Positions 10,590 through 19,996 of a stretch of 64,000 nt of DNA are shown here, in pieces (the first letter of the stretch is position 1; every line of letters begins with the position of its first letter). Both the position numbers and the translations under genes were made by a program. Below the pieces are notes generated by a model, which worked only from the letters and a program-made list of their open reading frames with translations, had not been told where the DNA came from and made no database searches. Origin of the DNA: Phycisphaerae bacterium (lineage in GTDB: Bacteria > Planctomycetota > Phycisphaerae > UBA1845 > Fen-1342); the NCBI GenBank assembly GCA_963675745.2, contig CAXXWX010000012.1, positions 1 through 64,000 on the forward strand, written 5' to 3'.

Positions 10590-11793
10590 TCAGCCAACAT
10601 GCCTCTGCGGGAAGGGGATGACCTTGAAGCCGTGGTTTTCCTGGGCCTCAGCAACTTCTCGGCTGTCGCGTCGGCCTCGCAGATTCCCGGTTGCCCCGGC
10701 CAGCTCGTAGTCGCTCGTGTGCACATAGTAGCGCAGCGTCGTGTTGACGTCCTCGTGACCGAGGATCTTCTGCACCAGCGAGATGTTCGACGTCGAGCGC
10801 GCCAGCCACGTGGCAAACGTATGTCGCAGGTTGTGCGGGTTGACGTCGATCTTCTCTTCGCCACTCGGGGCCAGCTGCGACCAACTCCGACGCCAGCTGC
10901 CGCACGTTGTAGCGTTCGCCCGCCGGTGTCACGAATAGGGGCCCGCGCGTCGGGATTGCCGCGGCTGCGGAGGTGCAGACGCACGGCCGTCAAGGCGGGC
11001 CGATTCAGTGGCACCCAGCGCTGTTTCTGGCCTTTGCCCATGACGTAGAGCAGCTGCTCGTCGTGATCGGCGTGGAGGTCCTCGATGCTCAAGCGCGCAG
11101 AGCTCCCCGTTACGCAGCCCGGTGTTGAGCAAGAAGATGGCCAGCTGGCGCTTGCGGCGGACCTCGTCCCACGAGCGCGGGCCGCGTTCTCTTGGGCGTC
11201 TTCCGCAGCTTGATCGACCAGCAGCCACCGGCCGGCTTGCTGGCGGGTCAGCGGCACGCCTTCCTTCTTGTTGACGAAGCGGGGTCGGGTGATGCGATCG
11301 ACGGGTTCTCGGTGAGGAACTTCTCGAACACGCACCACTGGAACAGGGACGACAGCGTGGCCAGGTCATTGGCGACCGTCTTGCGGCCGGCCTCGTGATC
11401 GAGCCGGTGATCGCGCCAGCGGACGAGATCCTGCCGGCAGGCGAGGTCACTGGATCTGCTGGCACGGCAGCTTTCTTGGCCTTGCGCCACCGCACGTACA
11501 GCGTCAGCACTTGCTTTGCCCGCAGCACCGTCTGCGGCGTGCAGCTGAGCTCCTTTTCGCGCAGCCAGAGCGCGTACACGCCTTCCCAGCCGCCGTTGGG
11601 CAGGTGCCGCCCGGCCTTGACCGCCTCCTCCCAGGCCTCCAGTTCGCGTAAGACGCGCCTTGGCGGCCGCGCGTGTGCAGCGGCCGAGATACTGGCTGCC
11701 CTCCATCAACTTGCCGGCTTGGGGACCGGCGCTGACCGTGAACTTCCAGTGCAGGCGGTAGTACCGGCCCTTCTCCCGGGTCAGACAAGCCAT
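10590..11793 (-). pseudogene. Tyrosine recombinase/integrase, multiply frameshifted
   Basis: LNTGLRNGEL (R), MGKGQKQR (K), PHNLRHTFAT (HxxR) and QKILGHEDVNTTLRYY (H, Y) recoverable across frames; SAM-like KTVANDLATLSSLFQW...NP. Confidence 0.9.
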
Positions 11794-11941
11794 CACCCAC
11801 GTCCTTCCTGCGGGGCGGAGCCCCGCGAGAAAACCACGCGGTGTGTTGGCCGCAAATCGAGTGTTCCCAGGAGAGAGGCGGCTGGGGAAGGCCGCGGATT
11901 TCAGGCGTGTTCGCCTTTTGTTCGGCCGCCGCCCGAAATCG

Positions 11942-12006
11942 AGTTCCCGCTATAGTTCCCGTAATGGGGGGTCAGCGGGATGTAAGTGCTTGTCAATAAA
12001 GCACTT
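11942..12006. other. att-arm-like direct repeats and an inverted repeat next to the tmRNA 3' end
   Basis: AGTTCCCG at 11942 and 11954; AAGTGCTT-N7-AAGCACTT at 11984-12006. Confidence 0.5.
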
Positions 12007-12012
12007 CATGAT

Positions 12013-12374
12013 TGGAGGCGGGGGGAATCGAACCCCCGTCCCGTGACATTTCAGCCTGAGCATCTACGTGCGTAGTCGGTCTGTTTGTGTTTAAACGCGT
12101 CGCAGTGCCACCGACAGCTCATCGACGCGTCGAGCCCGGCTGTGTCTTACCCACACGCCGCCAGACGGGAGTGTGCAGGCCAGCCTGCTAGTCGACGCCG
12201 CAACCGGGTAGCAGACATTCCCGGCGCGGCGCGCTGCCTAGTAGTTGTTACTAGGCGGCGAGACGGTAGCCATTGTTGGCATGTAATAGTTGTGCCAGGT
12301 GTTTTACGAGGCCTCCTGACAACCTCGGCACGCCACTCAGACCTCAACCTGCCCGGTCGAAGCCAGTCGCCCCC
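12013..12374 (-). ncRNA. ssrA: tmRNA (transfer-messenger RNA)
   Basis: 5' end GGGGGCGACTGGCTTCGAC; 3' end GACGGGGGTTCGATTCCCCCCGCCTCCA; tag frame 12280..12251 encodes ANNGYRLAA* followed by TAA; 362 nt. Confidence 0.97.
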
Positions 12375-13034
12375 TTCAGTTGACAAAGAACACGTGAGGC
12401 CGGTCGGCGACAGCGTCTCGCCTGACGCGCCCACACAGATTCTACCGCGCTATGTCGGCGGAACAAGCCAAAGATACGCCACGGCGGTGGTGGTGGAGCC
12501 GTCGCGCGACGCGAAACGGGGTGGAGTAGAGCACGACAATCGGCATCGCCGACATGCCGCGAGCACGCCACATCCCGACACGACCGAGCCGAGCCTCGGG
12601 GCGTGACGAGGGGCCATCGGCAGGGCGACCGCGTCCTGATTTCGCGGAGTGAGGACCAGGAACAGGCAATCGTCGTCCCAGCCGCAGCAAAGACGTTTGC
12701 CCACGCACGGCGAAGGCCGGGAGATCTTCGGCATCCATCTGCGGCTGCGGAATCGCCAGCCGGACCAGTTCGAGCTGGACGCCCTTTCTCGCAAGACCGA
12801 AGGCTACACCGGCGCCGACATCAAGGAAGTCGTCCAGCTCGGCCTAAAGTTGGCATTCCATGCCGGCGCCGAACTCGCCAACGATCACCTCCTCGCCGCG
12901 ATCCCCGAGATCCGGCCGCTGTCGAAGACCGATCCCGAATTGGTCACCGAAGTCACCAAATGGCTCGACAGTCACACCAAGCCGGCGGGGAATGGCCATA
13001 ACCCCACGCAGTCGCTCAACGGCAACACGCTTAA

Positions 13035-14622
13035 CCCGGATTATTCACGGGTAGGGTGCCGTTCGGGTTTTTGTTGTTCGTCGCGGTTTTGCAAGGGGCT
13101 GATGACGTTCTCGGATGCAGGACGCGCGCAATTCCCCCTTACCCCCACGAGCAAACACGTTGTCGGCGGGGTTACGGGCCTGCGGGGATGGCACCACTGC
13201 GGACGGCGACGGTGTGAAGAGTCGACCAGTGTGGCCACTGGCCAGCAATCGCCACGACCACCCGCCGAGCCGACTGGATGACCGTTGCCGCCACTTTGAT
13301 CACGCGACTCCGCCACGTGGCCGGCTGGGCGGTACGCAACGTCTCCGGCACCTGCTCGTCATCACGCAACCAGTTCAACAGGTTGAACGCCGCCGTGTGC
13401 AGCAGCAGACGCCAGAAGTTGGCCACGAAGCGATGACAACTCAGCCGGTCGGCGTGCAGACCGTTCTTGAGTTCATCGAAGCGTTGTTCGCTGGCACCAC
13501 GCTGGATGTAGTCGTCGTAAACACGCTGCGCGTCGGCGTCGGAGTTCACCTGTAGATTGGTGACCACGAAACGCAGGTTCGTGCCGGCCGCCTGGCACTC
13601 GGCCTTGGCGATCACGGCGCGTGGCCGATCCCACGAGCCGGCCTGGTAGTTGAAGTGCATGAACAGGCGTTGCTTCTCGCCGGTGCGTTCGTATTCGGCG
13701 ACGGCTCGGTCGAGTAACGGCTGGGCCAGGGCCTGCAGCCGTTTGTTGGCGCCGATGCCGAACGTGTACGTCAGTCGGTTTTTCTCGCAGATTTTGTACA
13801 TCGATGGCACGCCGAAGCCGCTGTCGCCGCGAACGTGAATCGCAAGGTCGCCGCGGGCGGCGTGCAGACGCTCGACCACGAATTCCAGGTCATCGTCGGC
13901 ACCGTGAGCGGCGTGCACACTGCCCGGCCGCAGGGCGGCGTAGAACACGTGCTGCGTGGTCGGCTCGCTGATCACGATCGGGAAGTATTGGTGTTGCTCG
14001 TAGTAGCCGTGGAACAACGCCAATTGCTGCTGCCCGTGCGCCGGATCGTCGGTGGCGTCGAGATCGAGCGTGAGGCGATCGGGCATTTGGCCCTCGTTCT
14101 TCTCCCGCAGCCGCTCGATCCCGGTCGCGACCAGGAAGTCGAGCGTTTGCCACAGCGTGTCGATCGTGACGGCGTTCTCGAAACGCGATAGCGTGGGCTG
14201 GCTGGCGAGCGGATCGTCTTCGGGCAACCGATCCGCAACAATCTTGAAGATCGGATCGTCGCGAAGCGTGTCGTGATCATTGCAGTCCTCATAGTCGGCC
14301 AGCACCCCGTAGAGCCGCTGCCGCAGCATCTCGAGTTGCGTGTGCCGCGGTTCGTGACGGTCATCGCTCAGGCCGGCGACCAGCCGCGCGGTAAAACGCA
14401 GCCGCTGGTCCAACTGCCGAATCGGCAACAGCCCGGCGTCCGAGGAAATTTGTCCGGCGTGACGCTGGACAATCAGCTTGCGATCGGCGAAAAACGAGAA
14501 GAACAACTGAGCTTCAGTCTGTTCAAACATCGGCGGCCTCCGTGCTCGGTCCAACTTGTTTGGTCAAAACCAGTTAGACCACACGAAGGCCGCTCTTTCA
14601 ACTCAACCGTGAATAATCCGGG
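13035..14622 (-). mobile_element. IS1380-family insertion sequence, intact (1588 bp)
   Basis: Perfect 16-bp terminal inverted repeats CCCGGATTATTCACGG / CCGTGAATAATCCGGG; TTAA duplicated at 13031-13034 and 14623-14626. Confidence 0.95.
13172..14530 (-). CDS. IS1380-family DDE transposase
   Basis: ISSDAGLL, YEDCNDHDTLRDDP, LASQPTLSRFEN, LDLDATDDPAHGQQQ, VRGDSGF, YIQRGASEQRFDELK; uninterrupted. Start could alternatively be 14554. Confidence 0.93.
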   Translation of the reverse strand: MFEQTEAQLFFSFFADRKLIVQRHAGQISSDAGLLPIRQLDQRLRFTARLVAGLSDDRHEPRHTQLEMLRQRLYGVLADYEDCNDHDTLRDDPIFKIVADRLPEDDPLASQPTLSRFENAVTIDTLWQTLDFLVATGIERLREKNEGQMPDRLTLDLDATDDPAHGQQQLALFHGYYEQHQYFPIVISEPTTQHVFYAALRPGSVHAAHGADDDLEFVVERLHAARGDLAIHVRGDSGFGVPSMYKICEKNRLTYTFGIGANKRLQALAQPLLDRAVAEYERTGEKQRLFMHFNYQAGSWDRPRAVIAKAECQAAGTNLRFVVTNLQVNSDADAQRVYDDYIQRGASEQRFDELKNGLHADRLSCHRFVANFWRLLLHTAAFNLLNWLRDDEQVPETLRTAQPATWRSRVIKVAATVIQSARRVVVAIAGQWPHWSTLHTVAVRSGAIPAGP

Positions 14623-14768
14623 TTAAGCGGCGTGTGACGGTCTGAGTCGTGGCCCGGGTCTGCTTTGCAGTCAGGGCGACGCGCATAGTGACAATCTGCC
14701 CGACAAGTCCGCCGGAGTGGGTCCCAAGCGCCGTGAACCTCTCAGAACGCCGGCGTTAGAATTCAATC

Positions 14769-15680
14769 ATGGTCCTGTTGCTGGCAGAGATTTGGGACAA
14801 GATGCCGACGGTCGCAGGCACGACTGTGGTTGCCTGCCTGATCGCAGCTGTGTCCATTGGTCTCGGCCTGATCCGACGCTGGCTGGTTCTCCTCCCACTT
14901 CCAGTCATAGCCTTCTATGATTGGGCGCTGTGCCGGGAGCTACTTGAGCCTGGCTTTGGTAAGCTAGTCGTCGACGAACTCGGATGGGGTTGGGTAGTCG
15001 GGCAGTTCGTTGGCTGGAACTTGCCGTACGCAGTGGGTGTCGTCGCGTGCGTTCGAATCAGCCCCAGGCGGCCCCGTAGGCTGCTCGATCGCGTTTTTCT
15101 TGTTGGAGCGATGGGCGCCTTCCTGATCGTCGGCGGGGCCGCTGTCTGGACCCATGGGGCCAAGACCGTCGGGCGTGCCGAGCTGCAGTTCCCTAGCCAC
15201 GAATCGAACGGTCAGATCACGGGCCGCACGCTCGCGCTGTTTCACGGCGATGGCGCAATTCGACTCACGCACGAGTGGTTTCGGCGACGGCTAGATGTGC
15301 CGAGCGATGCCGAGTACTATCGCCAGCGCTTATCCGTCGACCACGACAGCTGGTCAATCGAGCATCTGGCGCCCGACCGCTATCCGAAGACCTTCGCGTA
15401 CGCGCTGAATGACTGGCGCTTACTCGGGCTGGGACTCTACGATGCGACGCGACAGGACGTCAGCATCACCGTCATCGAGTTGCCGCTTTGGCTGGTGATC
15501 GTCGGCGGAGCGCTCCTGCTCACCGCATGCATCCGGGCGTACACGCGGCGGGGTCAACAGGCCCACACGATCTGCACCGGCTGCGGCTACAACCTGACCG
15601 GCAACGTCACGGGGCGCTGTCCCGAGTGCGGGAGAACGTTCGCTCGGCGGGACAATCATCACGCCACGCATGCGTCGTAG
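14769..15680 (+). CDS. Hypothetical membrane protein with a C-terminal zinc ribbon
   Basis: Several hydrophobic segments; ends CTGCGYNLTGNVTGRCPECG. Confidence 0.7.
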   Translation: MVLLLAEIWDKMPTVAGTTVVACLIAAVSIGLGLIRRWLVLLPLPVIAFYDWALCRELLEPGFGKLVVDELGWGWVVGQFVGWNLPYAVGVVACVRISPRRPRRLLDRVFLVGAMGAFLIVGGAAVWTHGAKTVGRAELQFPSHESNGQITGRTLALFHGDGAIRLTHEWFRRRLDVPSDAEYYRQRLSVDHDSWSIEHLAPDRYPKTFAYALNDWRLLGLGLYDATRQDVSITVIELPLWLVIVGGALLLTACIRAYTRRGQQAHTICTGCGYNLTGNVTGRCPECGRTFARRDNHHATHAS

Positions 15681-15817
15681 GGGCGCGACCCTCCGATTGC
15701 TCGTAGCGATACTCGCCCGAGCGGTCGCCGCCGGGTGGCTGCTCAGCCTCTGACCACACACGCCTGTTCGTTTTTTCGATTTCACAACCCGTAACCCTTT
15801 TCCAATTGGAGGAATCC

Positions 15818-16027
15818 ATGACCACTCTCACTGCGCCTGCAGCGCAGGCAAACGTCGCCGGCAACAACGGCGAGAAACCCATCAACCTGTTCCAGCTCGG
15901 GTGCCTGTTCGTCATCCGGGCGTCGCACAAGGTCCGTGCCGGTTCGGCAACGAGCCGCAGGAGTTCCACCTGTCAGCCAATTGACAGGCGGGACGCCTGT
16001 CCCACCCAATCTACAAGACAGGATTGA
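15818..16027 (+). pseudogene. 5' gene remnant (possibly DUF3150-like) running into REP repeats
   Basis: Strong GGAGG RBS and a plausible start (MTTLTAP...INLFQLGCLFVIRAS), after which the sequence degenerates. Confidence 0.3.
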
Positions 16028-16093
16028 TAGCTGGGACGCCTGTCCTACCCAATCCATGAGATGAGATTGACAGGCGGGACGGCTGTCCCACCG
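15980..16093. repeat. Three REP-like palindromic repeats with a 43-bp period
   Basis: ATTGACAGGCGGGACGCCTGTCCCACC-like units at 15980, 16023 and 16066; core palindrome GACAGGCG-GGA-CGCCTGTC. Confidence 0.85.
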
Positions 16094-16192
16094 GTCTTAC
16101 GTGAAGTCGCTGATCGACTCGCACCTGCACGGCAAGATGCCGCGGGCTGGCCGACGTCAGATCGAACAGGTCTCGGCGCTATATCACGGGAT

Positions 16193-17308
16193 CTAGCTTG
16201 CCGGCTGATCGGGGGGGGCTTGCGTGCCGCCGAAGGCACCGAACGCCTGCGTTGCGTCCTTGAGGGCCTGCTTGAACTGCTCGGCTTTCGACATGCGCTC
16301 TTCCACCGCGCGCTCACGCTCGCTTAACGACTGCTCGCGCTGTTTGAGCAGCTTCTGCTCCCAGGCGAGCACCGCCTGGCCGTCGGTTATCTTCTGCTCG
16401 CGCTTGTCCAGCAACGTCTGCTGCGCATCGAGTTCACCGCCGTGGTTGCGCAGGTCCGTGCGCAGATCGGTGACGCGCGCCTGAAGGGCGGCAACCGCAT
16501 GCTGCAAGTCCGACAGGCCGCCGCTGAATCCGGCGGCGGGTATCGTCACATCGGTGAATCCGGCAGCCGTGGGCGGCGGAGTTGACACCGGCACCGCGGC
16601 TTCGGGGAGAGCCGGTTCAACGGCGGGCTCCACGCGCTCGATGCCCGTACCCGACACCGTAAACTCATGCTGACCGACGCGCAGACAATCGCCGTCGCGC
16701 AACCACTCCAGCGTCTTCGACTCCCCATTCACCATCGTGCCGGAGCGGCTGCCAAGGTCGCACATGGCCAAGGCGCCGTCGAGCGAGAACAGCAGTGCGT
16801 GGGCCAGTGACACATCCGGGTCGTCAACGACGCACTCGCACGTGCTGCGCCGGCCAATCACGGTCACAGCCCGGCTTACCGTGAATTGAGCTTCCTTCCC
16901 GGTTAACACGGCGGGGGGCTCGAATGCCGGCGCCGCGGGGTCACATGGTTGCGGCGGCACGTCGAAATGGATGTCGACGTTAACCGAACCGACCCTGAGC
17001 GTACTGCCGGGCATCAGGGCCGCAACCTGCACCGCCGCCCCGTTGACGAACGTCCCCGAGCGGCTGCCGAGGTCGCAGATCACCACTGACGTCCCGGTAT
17101 TCACCACGGCACAGTGGATCTTGGACACTTCCGGGTGCGGCAGTGAGAGGTGGCAATCACGTCGACCGCCGATCAGCGTCACCGGCTGCACGGTGGCAGC
17201 GGAGATCTGCGCATCGTTGAACGTGGATTCCAGGCGCGCAAGCGGCGCGCCCGCCGCAAGCGTCGGCGACTCGGCCCCCGCAATAACATCAGCTTCAGGC
17301 GCTGCCAT
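16193..17308 (-). CDS. Tandem FHA-domain protein with a C-terminal coiled coil
   Basis: Two FHA signatures (IGGR..C...VSKIH...DLGSRSGTFVNG; IGRR..C...VSLAH...DLGSRSGTMVNG); heptad-rich tail. Confidence 0.88.
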   Translation of the reverse strand: MAAPEADVIAGAESPTLAAGAPLARLESTFNDAQISAATVQPVTLIGGRRDCHLSLPHPEVSKIHCAVVNTGTSVVICDLGSRSGTFVNGAAVQVAALMPGSTLRVGSVNVDIHFDVPPQPCDPAAPAFEPPAVLTGKEAQFTVSRAVTVIGRRSTCECVVDDPDVSLAHALLFSLDGALAMCDLGSRSGTMVNGESKTLEWLRDGDCLRVGQHEFTVSGTGIERVEPAVEPALPEAAVPVSTPPPTAAGFTDVTIPAAGFSGGLSDLQHAVAALQARVTDLRTDLRNHGGELDAQQTLLDKREQKITDGQAVLAWEQKLLKQREQSLSERERAVEERMSKAEQFKQALKDATQAFGAFGGTQAPPDQPAS

Positions 17309-17638
17309 CCGTCTACCGCCTTATCCCGGCACTTCACTCACTTATTCTGCCCTGCCCGTCCATAGTGTTCCATTGGACCACACCCCAGGGCAAACCCCGC
17401 GCCCGCGCAGCGAGGTCGCACACGTGACCTTCCCGGGACGCGTGGGGTTGTCTGTGTGCAGAAAAAGACCGAGCCTCATAACAACCCCCCACGACGGCTA
17501 CCTGGCCGCGCGCGCAGCGCAGACATCTGCGATTTTGCACAGATGCCGCTTCATTGCGCGGTTATCAGATCAGCGCGTTTGTCAGGATATCGGGATTTGC
17601 GCCAGATGCGCGGCGATCGCCTACGGCCATCTTCCCGG

Positions 17639-18727
17639 TTATCCGGGCGAGCGCGGGACATCGAGGCGCACGGTCAGCGGCTGGTCCGGCCCGGTCAGGA
17701 AGTTGACGGCTCGGTAGTCTGCGCCCTCGACGTGCCCCTGATCGGTCGCGGTAAACCGCACAAGCGATGTCGCCCGGGCCGGCAGCGAGATTTGTGCGGG
17801 TTTGCCATCGCCAATGCGCTCCAACTCGATATCGAGCTCGCTGTCGTTGTACACTCGCACCCAGGCCGTGTCGCCGGAAAGATGGTGCGGCGCGTTGACC
17901 TTCACGGATGCGGCGAAAAGCGCAGCCAGCACCTTCTCGTTTCCGAACAGCCGATTCTGGCACCACACCGCCGTGCGGTGGGCGTCCAGCGCTTCGCGCA
18001 ACGCCGGCACCGTCTTCTCCGTGGCCAGAACCAGAGTCAGCGTGCGATGATTCTCGGGGCTGCGCGGCGCGTTGAGCGATGGGTGATGGATGTCCGAGTT
18101 GCCCAGCAGCGTCAGATTGTGCTCGACAGCCGACTGATGGGCCTCGGCGTAATAGTCGTCGCCGTTGCAGATTTCGATCCCGTGCAAGCGTCCATCCTTG
18201 AACAACTGCTCCTGTTTCTCGCCCCAGCGTCCCAGCTCCGGCCCTTTCCAGCCCGGGTGATTCCAAGTGACGAAGGCTCCCTGGAGCTGGGCCTGCTCGA
18301 ATACGGCGTAGAAGTCCTCGGTGTCCAGCGGGTTGATGTCAGTCAGGAAGATTGCATTGAAATGCCCAGGCGGCGTTGCGCGAGTGACCTCCGCGCCACG
18401 CACCAGCAGTATCCCGCTCTTCTTCGCCGTGTCGGCCGCCAACTCGTACGGGCGATTGTGCGCTGTGGGGATGTCCCCTTTGTGCGGCTGGTATTCGATA
18501 TGATCCGTGATGGCGATCGCGTCGAGCCCTTCGCGCCACGCTTCATGGACGCGCACCGTCGGCCAGACGAATCCATCCGAAAACACCGTGTGCATATGGA
18601 GGTCACATTTCAGGGTGTGATAGCCCGGCGGATCGGGAAACTGGATTTCCGTCCGCTCCTGGGCCGAGACGTTTACCGTCCCACAGAACAACATCACTGC
18701 CGCTATGAACAAGGTCTTGTGTCGCAT
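17639..18727 (-). CDS. Secreted PHP-domain phosphoesterase (Sb-PDE-like)
   Basis: Signal peptide MRHKTLFIAAVMLF; DLHMHTVFSDG, AITDH, GHFNAIF, WNHPGW, GNSDIH. Confidence 0.85.
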   Translation of the reverse strand: MRHKTLFIAAVMLFCGTVNVSAQERTEIQFPDPPGYHTLKCDLHMHTVFSDGFVWPTVRVHEAWREGLDAIAITDHIEYQPHKGDIPTAHNRPYELAADTAKKSGILLVRGAEVTRATPPGHFNAIFLTDINPLDTEDFYAVFEQAQLQGAFVTWNHPGWKGPELGRWGEKQEQLFKDGRLHGIEICNGDDYYAEAHQSAVEHNLTLLGNSDIHHPSLNAPRSPENHRTLTLVLATEKTVPALREALDAHRTAVWCQNRLFGNEKVLAALFAASVKVNAPHHLSGDTAWVRVYNDSELDIELERIGDGKPAQISLPARATSLVRFTATDQGHVEGADYRAVNFLTGPDQPLTVRLDVPRSPG

Positions 18728-19081
18728 TCGCGCTTCTCCTCGCACTGATTCGGATGTGACCCGGGCGGCGTAGTCGCCTCGACTGATTTCGCGGTAGCTT
18801 ACCATAAAGCGGCCGCCTTGCACGACGCGGCCCAGAAGCGCAATCAACCCGGTCGAAGCGTCTGTAGCGCCGCCGGCGAGGTGTGTGAGAAACCCAGCGT
18901 CAACGACGTGCCCGCGCGGCCCCGGGGGCCCCACAGCCCACGACACGATCACACGAATTGCCACAACCATCGGCAAACGTATGCGTGGTTCGGAAGTCGG
19001 CGCGCTGTTCTAATGGCGGTGGTCGGCGAATCACGCGACACTGCGAATATGCACCAGGGGCCGACCGTGGAAGGACAGATA

Positions 19082-19996
19082 ATGAGCGCCGTCGAGATTG
19101 ACAACATCACCAAGGCATTCGGCAAGACCGTGGCCGTCGACAATCTGTCGCTGCGCGTCCCGCGCGGCAGTGTCTACGGCTTCATCGGCCCGAACGGCTC
19201 CGGTAAGACAACCACGCTGCGCATGATCATGAACATTTTCTACCCTGATCAGGGCACGATCGAAGTCTTCGGCCAACGCCTCAGCGGCGCGTGTACCGAT
19301 CGCATCGGCTATCTGCCAGAAGAGCGCGGCCTCTACAAGAAGATGACGGTGCGCGACATATTGCTGTTTTACGGCGGCCTGAAGAGCAACCGCAACCTGC
19401 GGGCCGATGTTGATCGCTGGCTGGAGAAGTTCGACCTGGCCGACCGCGCCACCAGCAAGGTGGAGTCGCTCAGCAAAGGCATGAGCCAGAAGGTGCAGTT
19501 CATCGCCGCCGTCGTCACCGCGCCGGAAATGGTGATCCTGGATGAACCGTTCAGCGGGCTGGACCCGGTCAACACCGACCTGCTGCGCGACGCCGTACTG
19601 GAGCTTCAGCGCCAGGGCACCACGGTGATCTTCAGCACGCACGATATGAACGTCGCCGAGGACATGTGCGACTATATCTTCATGATCTTCAAGGGGCGCA
19701 AGGTGCTCGACGGGACGCTGGCCGCCATCCAGGACGACTATGGCAGCGACACCGTACGCCTGCGGCTCGACGGCGGTACGGAGGTGTTGCGCGGCTTGCC
19801 GGATATTGAGAGCATTCGCGATCACGGCCAGCTCCAGGAGCTGCGCATCAAGGACGGGGGTGATGCGCAGCAGATACTCGCGGCGCTCGTGTCGCGCGCG
19901 CGGGTTCGACATTTCGAGCTGACCCGCCCGTCACTGCACGACATTTTCGTGCGCATCGCCGGCCCGGCCGCCATCGAGGAGAACAGCCATGCGTAA
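19082..19996 (+). CDS. ABC transporter ATP-binding protein (NatA/YhaQ-like)
   Basis: GPNGSGKT, LSKGM, ILDEPFSGLDP, STH. Confidence 0.93.
   Translation: MSAVEIDNITKAFGKTVAVDNLSLRVPRGSVYGFIGPNGSGKTTTLRMIMNIFYPDQGTIEVFGQRLSGACTDRIGYLPEERGLYKKMTVRDILLFYGGLKSNRNLRADVDRWLEKFDLADRATSKVESLSKGMSQKVQFIAAVVTAPEMVILDEPFSGLDPVNTDLLRDAVLELQRQGTTVIFSTHDMNVAEDMCDYIFMIFKGRKVLDGTLAAIQDDYGSDTVRLRLDGGTEVLRGLPDIESIRDHGQLQELRIKDGGDAQQILAALVSRARVRHFELTRPSLHDIFVRIAGPAAIEENSHA

Larger units (their letters stand above)
2250..12012. mobile_element. Degenerate integrative element adjacent to the tmRNA 3' end (left boundary uncertain)
   Basis: Tyrosine integrase starts ~220 bp downstream of ssrA; also contains an Xis-like HTH, a Replic_Relax gene, IS21 and att-like sites. 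No second copy of the tmRNA 3' end was seen in the window. Confidence 0.6.
12697..14645 (+). pseudogene. C-terminal remnant of a Ycf46-like AAA ATPase, interrupted by IS1380
   Basis: LP...REIFGIHL...LSRKTEGYTGADIKEVV...IRPLSKT lid region with no Walker motifs; removing the IS restores ...GNTLKRRVTV* (TGA at 14643-14645). Confidence 0.7.

Noticed and set aside
14690..15760. Integron gene cassette (GTTAGAA just before the 14769 ATG)
   Set aside because: No convincing attC inverted repeat on either side.
15980..16093. CRISPR array
   Set aside because: Only three units, 11-bp spacers and no cas genes; REP-like instead.
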